NCBI GenBank assembly: GCA_046563655.1
Contig: CM102285.1
Location: forward strand, 3,038,001 to 3,102,000
Direction: 5' to 3'
From: Yuukianura sp. NJ FZ-2021
Taxonomy: Eukaryota
DNA: 64,000 nucleotides
Position numbers and translations under genes: made by a program. This document shows, in pieces, positions 22,401-34,390 of this stretch. The notes below the pieces were generated by a model. That model was not told where the DNA came from. It worked only from the letters and a program-made list of their open reading frames with translations, and did no database searches. Positions within the stretch are counted from its first letter, which is position 1, and the number at the start of each line of letters is the position of its first letter.

Positions 22401-23043
22401 ATTACAACTCAACTAACTGTATGTTAAAGAGTGCGGTAACCTCCCGCGGATGGCATTGTTGTGAAGTTACATCTTTGACTGCAAACGAGAAGTTCGTTTA
22501 TTGAAGAAACATGTACTCACGGTAACCGTGAAAATTGAGAAAAAAGGGTCTTGTTTCCACAGAAAAACCAAAAATTTTTGGTGTGAATCTCATTGAAATT
22601 CAGTTGTGTGTAAAAATTACAACTCAACTAACTGTATGTTAAAGAGTGCGGGAACCTCCCGCGGAAGGCATTGTTGTGAAGTTACATCTTTGACTGCAAA
22701 CGAGAAGTTCGTATATTGAAGAAACATGTACTCACGGTAACCGTGAAAATTGAGAAAAAAGGGTCTTGTTTCCACAGAAAAACCAAAAATTTTGGTGTGA
22801 ATCTCAGTGAAATTCAGTTGTGTGTAAAAATTACAACTCAACTAACTGTATGCTAAAGAGTGCGGGAACCTCCCGCGGATGGCATTGTTGTGAAGTTACA
22901 TCTTTGACTGCAAACGAGAAGTTCGTTTATTGAAGAAACATGTACTCACGGTAACCGTGAAAATTGAGAAAAAAGGGTCTTGTTTCCACAGAAAAACCAA
23001 AAATTTTTGGTGTGAATCTCTAAGTTTTTCAATACATTCCTTG

Positions 23044-25001
23044 TTAACCTTTGATTGGTTCGTTGATGAGTGGTAAATCTCCAAGATTGGGTGCAAATGG
23101 TACAGCTTTGTGAAATTCGTCAACTGTACAGCAAAATGTATATCCTTTTTGGACGTTTGTTGTGTCCCAGTTGATCCAAGAAAGTTGATCGCAAACGTCA
23201 GGGCAAATTATGTCATCTGAGGTTGGGGTTATCCAAGGGTTGTTGAGTTGAATCACTGCGGCTGCGTCTTGTCGCTCTTCGTCATGGATGACCTTCCAGG
23301 ACCAACTACAAAGTTAAAACGAAAATCACATTAAATTTTTGTTCTTTTTCTACACCAGGTTGTCTAATAACTCGGGGTTTTCAATTTTTTTTTGCCAAAA
23401 TTTTCAAAAACCAAACGGGTTAGACTTCGTCTTCATTTCTATGACAATTTTTGATTTTTTTTTCCACTTTTATTTTATTCCTGCGCAACTTCAAGTGATT
23501 GAAAAAAAAATGGGGAAAATGTGTAAACAAAATTCGTGCTAAATCGATGTTAAAAGTTGTTTGTAGCTAGATTTTTAAAAATCTTGAGTTATTGGACAAC
23601 CTGTTGTAGGAAATACACTTCCGTTGTCAAGGAACATTGGAAATTAGTTGTTGAAGATTTTTTTTAAATGTTGCTACTGTGGCTATTGCCCATCCTTTCA
23701 GCTCTGAAGAAACTTCAAGGTTAGTAAAACTCAAAATTAGAATAAAAAAATAGAGATCGCCCAATTTCTTATTTGAAATTTTTGATAGGCTTACTGTGGA
23801 ACCGGAAGTTTTTGAAGCAAGTTGCCATCAGAGTCTCTTCCCAGCCAAATTTCAACTGGATTATTGTTAATGTCCATGAGACTGATGACCCCATGACCTC
23901 CCGTGTAAATCGTTAGATTAGATTGTCTGCTTCCTGCAATTTTTCTAGTATTTTCTTCTAACTTCACCCAATTTCCTCCATTTATAGGTTGCCATTGGCC
24001 GACGACATTGACGTAGTAGAAAGTAGCTGCCTTCTCATAGCCTTCAATCCCATCGGCATTGGGCATCAAGTGTCCTCTGGACAAATAGGTTTCTCCAAAT
24101 ATGTATTCAGCTGCAAGCTCCTCAGAACCAACCAATAAAGCAACTGTTGCGAGCTGACCATCTTTGGAATAGCATTCTTCTGCTGACAGGTCGGGATAAA
24201 ACCCAGCTTCTTTAAAGGATGGTCTATCAATTGGTTCACTTTCGTCCAAATCTGCACCGCGAATTAAACTCTTGGTGAAAAGAGTTTCACTCGTGTCTTC
24301 ATTGTGACAAATTGTCGCCAAAGTGTATCTATAATTTTAAAAATTTTCACATACAGACTAATCTTAACTTTTTTCTTGAAATTTTTGGGTTTATTTTTTA
24401 AGTGTGTTGGACTCTCACTTGTCAACACCGTTGCTCAACTCGATCACAATATTTGTGTAGCCATTATAACAAGTTCCGTTTCTGGTCACAGTTTCCGTGA
24501 AACTTTTAAATTTTCTTCTACAACTAAAAACTTCATGCAAGTGAGCATGACGTCCATCCTGTGTCTAAAATTTGGAATTTAGGTTTTAAAAATTTAATTG
24601 TACATTTTGCAAAATCCTGACACTTAGCTGAGTCAGTAAAATATCACCTCAACAACATCGTCAAAGACACACTGAAAATAATTATTGTTTGCAACGGCAT
24701 TTGCACCTCCTCCACTTCCGCATTGTACTGAAAAACTATCTCCGGACTTCACGTGAACATAAAGTTTGCCTCTTCCATCTCGACGAAAGTGAAGCAATTT
24801 TTCCCCCTGATAAAATCGCAACATGCCTTTCTTTGCAAATTTACAACCAGATTCTGCTGCACTTAAATCTATACACAAAAGATTGCAATTTACAGCAAAA
24901 TTAAAGATACAATTTTGAAATTAACAAAATTTGTGAATGACTTTACCTGACGAAACAAACACAGCGAATAAGGCAAACGCTAAAATCCTGTGCAAAAACA
25001 T
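23044..25001 (-). CDS. Secreted DNA/RNA non-specific endonuclease (duplex-specific nuclease/dsRNase family), 5 exons
   Basis: Signal peptide MFLHRILAFALFAVFVSS; active-site YLSRGHLMPNAD; ATFYYVNVVGQWQPINGGNWVKLE; C-terminal NNPW..ICPDVC..W..KGYTFCC; phase-compatible GT-AG introns. Confidence 0.9.
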
Positions 25002-26158
25002 TTTGTATCTGTAACTTACTTCCAAAGACGTTGTTGAGCTACAATGAAACTAAACGCTACTCCACACTTTTTCTTGTTTACAATATTTCTGGAATCTTAT
25101 TCAACAAAATGACTAATAATGAATTTGCACAAATAATTTGCGAAATTGAATTTATGTCGTAATTATTGACCTAAAAGGTGTTCCGAAATTGGAAGAGTAG
25201 TTAATTAAGGTCGTATTATCAGCCAATAATATTAATTTTATTTACACAATCAGCAATTAGTGATTAGTTAACTCATATTTTAGCACCGATCAAAATTAGT
25301 CAAGTGAAGAGTTTGGAATGCAATCACATTTTGAATATGACAATTAATCGCATGACATTCAACAAAAAACATCGAGATAGGAGTAATGGAAACTGCATGT
25401 ATTTGGAACCCAAATTTATAATACTGGAATTGTTTTCAAATTTCAAAAGAGCCTTCTAAAAAGAGAAACTATAATTCACGTTTTTAGGCCAAGTTTAGTA
25501 GACCCTGTTAATGTTCATGGTGTGATTGTGTTTTCTAACATTCATTTTCTAACAAAAGTGAATTAAATGTATCTATGCTTGAGGAAGACAACAATTAATT
25601 TCTATAGTATTTTGAAACAGGACCAATAAGACTGTAATGTTTTGCATCTCAGTTTCGCCGTTCGCGTTTCAAAATGTTGAAGTTTTAGTAATAATATTAG
25701 AAATTTAGAGAAAAGACTGTTGGTTAAGAAAAAACTATAAAGCCGTACGCAGTGACTAAGCATAAATTACTTAAAACGTTCACCTTGTCTTTAACTGCTT
25801 TCCTTCTTTTATCCATCAATCAATTTAAAAGACACATTTATTTCAGCATATCCGATACTGTTGGATGCAAACGACAATATGTAAAAGTGGCCAAATATGG
25901 AAGACAATGTTTTAAAAACTGGAGCAATTGAATAGTGTATTGCTCCTGTAATTGACAGGTCATATTTAAGAATTGCTTTTCAAAAGTTACATTCGCTCAG
26001 CAGCAGGTTTATAATTTTACAAAGCTGCAGATTTAAACTAGCCAAGATCCAAGTCGCAGAGCAACGAATTTTGTTTAGCGCTCAATTTGACGCGATACAA
26101 CGAAACTTGTTGAGAAAATTCCACAGTACGTGCCAAAACAAGCAAAAGCTTGCGGAAG

Positions 26159-28263
26159 ATGTTGAAGTTAATTTTCCTTATGGTATGGAGTCATGTTGTA
26201 GTTACGGGAAAACTAGTCCAATATGTTTTCCAAGCAAAATACCACTGCGGTGCCCCAGATGGAGTTACTGTATGTCACATACTGGGTGTCAATGGACAAT
26301 TTCCGGGTCCAACCATTAAAGCAACTATAGGCGACACTGTTCGTGTAACACTCATCAATCTTATCAATAACAACAGGATTCCTTATCCGAGAGATACTGG
26401 GGCAGCGATTCACTATCACGGTATCACTCAAAATTCAACGCCTTTTGAAGATGGTCCTGATGGGGTGACCCAGTGTCCAATTCCAGCGGGAAATGTGTAC
26501 ACTTATGAATTTCCTTTGAAACAGGCCGGCACTTATTGGTAAAATTCTGTGCTTTATTTTATGCCGCGTGCAGTTTTTAAGAGGATTTTTCCAGGAACAT
26601 TGTTGTTTACTTTTTGTCAAATTTAGTTCTTTATGAAAATTCGTTCTTCTGTGCAAATTATGTGCAACAAACTTGTAGTTGGCTTGTTTTGATTGCCTAA
26701 CCTGTTTTGACTTACATCGCTAGGTGGCACTCTCACTTTACTTCTCAGTTATCAGAAGGAATGTGGGGTCGGTTCATTGTGCACAACGAGCAGGAAGTTT
26801 ATCGCAATTACTATGACGATGAGTTGTACATCACTTTAAGCGACTGGTACCACACTTCTGGTCAACAGAACACAGACTACTACTTGTCTCCACAAAGCCA
26901 AGGTGCCGTGCCATTCCCGGATTCAATTTTAATGAACGGTCATGGCATGTATCACTGCAACTTGACAAATCTCCCATGCGACCCGAAGAAACAAGTTCCA
27001 GAAGTGATCAAGGTTCAACGCGGGAAATCCTACAGAATTCGAGTAGTCAACGCCTGCGCCTACCTATTAATGGATTTCTCGATTCCAGGACACAAGTTAG
27101 TAGCAATTGAAACTGATGGTATCGATACTGTCCCAGTTGCATTTGACAGTTTAGTGATCCATCCGGGACAACGTTATTCATTTATTGTTACTATGAACTC
27201 CACATTATCGGAAAAGTGGATAAGAGCGGAAGGTTTACCGTTAGATGACTTGCCTCCTCAGCATGTAGAACCGGTAAAGCGGTTTATTCGGGTTGTTCGA
27301 GCCAGATTGGAATACGTTGAACCGAAAGTTCCTATTAAAGATGAACTAGGTAAAGTTGCGGAAGCCATTTTACATATTGATCTGAATAAGAAAAATCCCG
27401 CCAACCCGGTAGTAGAACCATTGAAGCTGGAAAATGTACTTCGACCGTACAACAAAATACCTGCGCCGCAGAAAGTTGACCAAGAAATTGAAATGGTGAT
27501 GCGAGATTTTCCACTTAACGGTATACAAAGATCGTTAATTATTAAGTGAATTTTTGAAAAAAAATTGTATTTTTTACATTTAGAAATACAAATATATAAC
27601 TTACCGTTTTACTATTTATTTAGGCGTTACGCTGTTTGCTTTGAACAATTCTACATATAAAGTCTACAATGAACCGCTCCTAAGCTTAGTGATCAAGAAC
27701 GCAGCGTTACCAGCAACCTCAAACCCATATGTTGTTGGATTCAACAAAGTAATATATTTGATACCTATATTACACACATATACGCGCATACATGCATACA
27801 TGCATGCACGCATCCATGCATGCATACATGCATACATGTATGCATGCAACGGATTAAACGTTATACAATGTAGTTTAATAGTTCAGTGACGTTATTGGGC
27901 ATAAATGTTTGATAGGTGATACAAATCGTGTTGAACAATCGTGATGATGAGCCACACCCATTCCACTTGCATGGCCATCACTTCTTTGTTCTTGGACAAG
28001 GAGAACCAAATGAAGGCGACTTCAAACCAAAAGTTAGCAAAACTTCGCGATTTGGTGAACGCCGGGATACTGTGGGAGTGGAACTACATTCATGGAGTGT
28101 CATAAGATTTGTAACGGATAATCCCGGGACATGGATGATCCACTGTCACATTAACTGGCATCTTCAAAGTGGACTTGCAGCTGTCATTATAGAAGCTCCT
28201 GATCAAGTCAGGGCAAGATACAAGGTTCCATTAGAAACAATTCGGATTTGTAAATCAAAGTAA
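26159..28263 (+). CDS. Secreted three-domain multicopper oxidase (laccase-like), copy 1, 4 exons
   Basis: Copper motifs HYHG, YWWHSH, HPFHLHGH and HCHINWHLQSGL; approximate exons 26159-26539, 26724-27520, 27624-27748 and 27916-28263. Confidence 0.93.
27770..27848. repeat. (CATG/CATA)n alternating purine-pyrimidine microsatellite in laccase-1 intron 3
   Basis: CATACATGCATACATGCATGCACGCATCCATGCATGCATAC... Confidence 0.8.
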
Positions 28264-28941
28264 AGTCAATAGATTTGCCTTCAAAGATGCCTTCAACGTA
28301 TAACTCCACATGCGTAATGATAAATTTAAGAAATTATTAAGGTATTTAGTATGCAACATGTGGTGAAAATTATGAAGATAAATGTAACTCTTTCGAATTT
28401 CCAGCTCCATTGCAAATTATTTTTTTCACTTTTTAAGATTAACCCTCGTTTCTATTCACCTTTGTAGATGTGCATTATGGGAAGATATGGAAAATCCCTT
28501 TGGGCTGAGAGATTCCATTTGAATTTTGCGGTTTCAAATGATGAAGTTTTACTGATAACTTTAAGTTGTTTTATGGAAGAGAAAACCAAAACGCGTTTCA
28601 AAAAAATCTAACTTAACGCGTAGGTGTCTACGCATAATTTACTTAAAACGTTCACCTTCTATAGTTCCTCACTTTTCTTCTTCCCTCAATCAAATCAAGA
28701 CACTCGTATTTCAAGACTCATATCTCAAAAACACTCGATATTGTTGAATGCAAATGACAATATGTAAATCTGGTCCCGTATGAAAGACAAAGTTTCAAAA
28801 ACTGGAGCAATTTAATTCTCTGCTCCAGTTAACCTTTCCAAGTCTCAGAGCACGTATTTTGTTTAGCATTCCTTTGAAGTGGTGCCACACACTGTTACAC
28901 ATTACAGTGAGTTTTACTGACAGAACAAGGCAAGCGGAAAC

Positions 28942-31005
28942 ATGTGTAAAATGTTAATGTTGGTTCTGTATGTGGCTTTGAGCAATACAGTAGTTGCAGG
29001 GAAACTAGTCCAGTATGTTTTCGAAACAAAATATTTCTGCGGTGCTCCAGATGGAGTTACTGTATGCCATATACTGGGGGTGAATGGCCAATTTCCGGGC
29101 CCAACCATGGAAGCAACCATAGGCGACACTGTTCGTGTAACACTCATCAATCTTATCAACAGCAACAGGATTCCTTATCCGAGAGACACTGGGACAGCGA
29201 TTCACTATCACGGTATTACTCAAAATTCAACGCCTTTTGAAGATGGTCCTGATGGTGTAACGCAGTGTCCAATTCCAGCGGGAAATGTTTACACTTATGA
29301 ATTTCCTTTAAAACAGTCCGGCACTTATTGGTAAATCTCTGTGCTTAATTCTATGCTGCGTGCACTTTTTTAAGAAGATTTTCCCCGGAGGATATTTGTG
29401 GTCTTTTCGTCAAATTTAGTTCTTTATCAAAACTCGTTCTGTGCAAATTATGTGCAACATACATGTAGTTGGCTTTTTTCATTGCCTAACATGTTTTTTC
29501 ACTTACTTCGCTAGGTGGCACTCTCACTTCACTTCTCAGCTATCAGAAGGAATGTGGGGTCGGTTCATTGTGCACAACGAGCAGGAAGTTTATCGCAATT
29601 ACTATGACGACGAGTTGTACATCACTTTAAGCGACTGGTACCATACTTCTGGCCAACAGAACACAGACTACTATTTGTCTCCAAAAAGTCAAGGCGCCGT
29701 ACCATTCCCGGATTCAATTTTAATGAATGGACGTGGTATGTATCACTGCAACTTGACAAATCTCCCATGCGACCCGAAGAAACAAGTTCCAGAAGTAATC
29801 AAGGTTCAACGCGGCAAATCCTACAGAATTAGGGTCGTCAACGCCTGCGCCTTCTTATTAATGTATTTCTCGATCCCTGGACACAAGTTAGTAGCAATTG
29901 AAACTGATGGTATCGATACTGTTCCAGTTGCATTGGACAATGTAGCGATACATCCAGGACAACGTTATTCGTTTATTGTTACCATGAACTCTACAATGTC
30001 GGAAAAGTGGATCAGAGCAGAAAGTTTACCGCGAAATGTGACACATCCTCAACATGTAGAAGCTCTCAAGCGGTTTATTCCGGTAGTTCAAGCGAGATTG
30101 CAGTATGTCGAACCGAAGGTTACTATTAAAGACCAACAACTTAAAGTTGTGGAAAACATATTACACATTGGTGCAAGTAAAAAAAATCCCGCCAACCCGA
30201 TGGTCGAACCATTGAAGCTGGAAGCGGTTCTTCGACCGTACAACAAAATACCCGCGCCGCAAAAAGTTGACCAAGAGATTCAAATGGTCATACGAGATTT
30301 CGCGCTTAAAAATGGTATACAAAACTCGTTATTACGTTCTAAAAAAAACTTTGATATTTATATTTAGTAAATACAAATGTAAAATCTCCAGTTTGACAAT
30401 GTAGGCATTACGCTGTTTGCTTTGAATAATTCTACATATAAAGTCTACAATGAACCGCTCCTAAATTTGGTGATCAAAAACGGAGCGTTACCTCCAACCT
30501 CAAACACATACGTGGTTGGATTCAACAAGGTACTGTGCATGCATACATTCATAAATGCATACTAGAATACGTGCATCCATACATTGAGAAGGCAACGGGT
30601 TAATCGTTATACATTGCGTAGTTCAGCATAGTACTGACTTTGTTTCGAATACATTTCTTATAGATGATACAAATCGTGTTGAACAATCATGATGATGAGC
30701 CGCACCCATTCCATTTGCATGGCCATCACTTTTATGTCCTTGGACAAGGAGAACCAAATGAAGGCGACTTCAATCCAAAGCGTAGCAAAATTTCGCGATT
30801 TGGTGAACGGCGGGATACTTTGGGAGTGGAACTACATTCATGGAGTGTTATAAGATTTGTAGCGGATAACCCCGGGGCATGGATCATCCATTGTCACATT
30901 AACTGGCATCTTCAAAGTGGACTTGCGGCTGTCATTATTGAGGCTCCTGATCAAATCAGGGCAAGGTATAGGATTCCAAAGGAAACAATTCGAATTTGTA
31001 AATGA
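28942..31005 (+). CDS. Secreted multicopper oxidase (laccase-like), copy 2, 4 exons
   Basis: Tandem paralogue of 26159-28263 with the same motifs and intron positions. Confidence 0.93.
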
Positions 31006-31891
31006 AAGGTCAAGTAAAGCAAATACATTGTCCTCAAAGATGCTTTCAACAAATAACTCCATATGTCCTATGCGAAATTTAAGAAATTGTAAAGATTTTT
31101 ATATAGTATGCAAATTTTAAAGACGAATGTGACTCTTCCAAATTTTAGCGTAGTTTAAAAAAATATTTGTATATACTATATGAAATATATGTCCACAGTA
31201 CATGTATTTCTTCTGTTTGAACCTAATTTCTGTAATTGGTTAGTTCTATTGATTTGGGATTGGAAAATATTTTGAGATTTGTTGGTGATTGATTGCACAA
31301 AGAATCTTTCCAAAATCGGATTAAACATTTTGCGCTATAGTATTTTATAGCCATGCTTAATGTAATCCAGTTTTTACAGTATCAAATTTTATTGTTGTTC
31401 GTATACTAAGTGAATGAATGAACAAACTACATGCCATCATCATGACAATGTAATTATATATAGCTGCGAATTAAAACGCAGAAGAAATTGTAGAAAACTT
31501 AAGATAGAAGCCTTGCAAAGAGCAAAAACACTTACACTTACGTGTGATTTTTTTTGTGAACAACAACTTTACAATTTCTGGTTTTGCAAGTTTTTTGCTG
31601 AAAACCCGGACCATTTCATGGAATCGGTCAATTAGAAATCCCAAAAATTTATAGCACAACGTTTTCTAAAGTTCAAAATTTCGAACGTTTTGTTCCGTAT
31701 ATATTTGGCTTAACTTGAGTGGTAACTGACACAATCCATTGTTGTTCAGTGTTGGATAACAAAGTCAAAAATCAATAACGTTGTTGGAAAGAAAAAAAAC
31801 ATTGAACATAGTTTTTTTCTTTTATAACTTTAGTTTGTATAACTTTACAGTAATCTTCACAAACACGATTTTTAAATCCGTTGGGCAAGCT

Positions 31892-33655
31892 ATGCTGTCG
31901 TGTAGTTACTTCTTCTTTGTCGTTTTATGCTTAAGTGCCGCAAACGCAGTCCTTTTGTGTTCCAGCCGCGGTGAATCTGTACGGAAAAACTTTACAAAGC
32001 AATTCCTTTATAAGTTTTTTATTTTAAATGCATTTTTTGAAAACCGTCTTGTAGTGCCGCAGTAGTTCCGAATGCTGCTCACAGGAATGCTTAGCCGGGA
32101 ATTGCACAGACGGCAAAAGTTACAATGACCAAGGTACAAATACTCGACCCAGTAGGATTGGTACTTAACAAACAATTTTTTGTTTTGAAAGAAAACCGCC
32201 ATAAGTATTTCAATTTTGTTGAATGTTACAGCGATACAGTTTCCTGTTGATGATGGAGCAGACTATGAACCGGATGAGTACTCGCGCCCTGGTTCCAGAA
32301 ATCCTGTGATTGAAACCCGGAGTTTTTGGAGTAAACAACATTCAAGCCTCCATCTTTTGCCAAATTTGGATGAATGTGGTGAAGCATACACGCAAAGAAC
32401 ACGCAGAGTGATAGGTGGAGTACCTGCGACCATTGGCCAATTTCCGTGGATGACTAAACTTATGCTGTTGAACAGTAAAATCTATATTTTGTTGTACATA
32501 TACTTTACTTAAGAATATTAAAAGTTTCAAATTTCTTTTGATCTATAAAATATTTTAGTTTCGTCTGGAAACTCTACTTTTCGTTGTGGAGGCTCAGTCA
32601 TTAGCAGCCGGTACATTTTGACTGCAGCGCACTGCGTTTCACGGCTTCCAGCTGGAACGCACATGTAAGAATGTTTCCTGCAATTTGTACCAATTTTATG
32701 AAAATTTCCCTATCTTAAACATTTCAGTACTTCAGTATCTACCAATTGTAAATTATATTCACAAATTGTTTGATATGGTTCTCTAGAAATTCAGTTATAC
32801 TGGGGTCCTTTGGATACAGACACATCAAGCATCCGTTTAGGTGTTCACTTTACAATGAAACATCTCCACTTAAATTTGGGTTTTCTTGTTCAGCATTAGT
32901 TGAAGACATAATAATTCACGAAGATTTCACACGAACAACACTTGAAAACGACGTTGCACTAATTCGTTTAAAGGAACCGCTAAATTTGGATGGTTTGAAA
33001 GCCAGCGTGCGCCCAATCTGCCTTCCGGCAGACAAAACTTTGTTTAAGCAGGAGGAAACTAATGTGGTAGTGGCAGGATGGGGTAGAATAGATTCTTTTT
33101 ATGGTAAGTTATTTCATAAATATTTTTAATTAAAAATATTATTTATAAACTACTGAGTATATTTTACATTTTATTTTTGATATTTATTTCATTATGTGTT
33201 TCAAAGTTCTATTTAAATATGCTTATAATACAGACGATGAATACGTGAAACCTGATCGCTTGACGGTCGTCAACCTTCGGATTGTCGCTCGCGAGTACTG
33301 TGACTTTTTTCATTCTATTGAAACTGGGCGCCTAAAAGAAGACCGGGTAAATTCAAATTTTAAAATTTTGAGCTCGGTTGCAAAATCCCCATTTCCAATT
33401 TTTTAAAATTACGATGTTCATTTTGATTTATATTTGCAGATGTGTCTTTTGGGAAGATATGGGAAATCCCTTTGCAATGGAGACAGCGGGAGCCCAGTGA
33501 CACAGGTTGTTGTTGCACCAAATGGAAAGAAATTGACGTTCGCAGTTGGAATTGCAGTTTATGGTGACGAATTGTGTGGTTTACATGGATCACCTCTTGT
33601 TGCGACTAACGTAGCGGAATATATTCCTTGGATACTCAACAACATTGAAGAATAG
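31892..33655 (+). CDS. Trypsin-family serine protease with N-terminal knottin-like 6-Cys module
   Basis: Signal peptide; CSSRGES/CRSSSECCSQECLAGNC; activation site RR/VIGG; intact triad LTAAHC (about 32618-32635), ENDVALIRL and GDSGSP. Confidence 0.88.
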
Positions 33656-34390
33656 CCTTACATAACAAGGATAATGTATAACAAAAATATTAATGCCGTC
33701 TGGTAAATAATTATGGTAAATATAACGTCAACATATTACAACTGAAATGCCGCGTGTTTTGCACATGTGACCATTCTCATATTTTCAGAAAACAAATTTT
33801 TGAAATAAATATTAAGCCAAAATTTTTGCGCATTGGAAATTAAAACTTAAAAGTCACGGTAAAATGTCACTACGACGCATCACATAGTACACAGAGAAAT
33901 CAAGGCCGACAAGTTATTTTTTTTAATTTAGAGTTATATGGAACTGGTCGTAGATTCCTGGAAGAAAGTCTCCTTGCTCTAAACAAATAATTTTGAGGTA
34001 AAACATAAAATATTTAACAATTAAAACTGACTTTGCCGCAGGAATGAGAAATGTTTATGTTAAATACTTAATTCGCAATCATGCCACGAATAATAAACGT
34101 TTATTGTTTTCAAACTCTGAGTTTCTCTTGAATAAATAATACCAGAAACCGGTTCCAGTTTTACCAAAACTTCATATATATCAACTAACCAATTGTAAAA
34201 TAGCGAGTGCCAAGAGGAAAAGCAAGTATAGAACGCTGTTTTAAAAATACTTGAAAAGTTGTAGGCAATAAATCGTGGAAATTTTTGTCAACCGAACACT
34301 AGATTTGAAATTGTTGCTGTCTTATTTTCATTTTCATTTAAACAGAGGCACCTTTAAGCATACGCTGCTGAGCTAATTAATTGTATCAAA

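Larger units (their letters stand above)
9992..23020. repeat. Tandem satellite-like array, ~215-bp unit, ~24 copies, interrupted by a solo LTR and a copia element
   Basis: Unit CTCA(G/T)TGAAATTCAGTTGTGTG...GGTGTGAAT recurs every 213-215 bp. By hand count, 8 units start left of the copia insertion and 16 start right of it; copies are highly similar. Confidence 0.97.

Noticed and set aside
9992-23020. CRISPR array, or repeated small ORFs (MSCNFYTQLNF..., 74 aa)
   Set aside because: Units are contiguous with no unique spacers and the context is eukaryotic. The ORFs are by-products of a repeat whose usual length (215) is not a multiple of 3.
9992-23020. Hammerhead ribozyme/retrozyme or 5S/tRNA gene array
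   Set aside because: No CTGANGA...GAAA core recognised on either strand, and no 5S or tRNA features. Other structured RNAs cannot be excluded without a covariance search.
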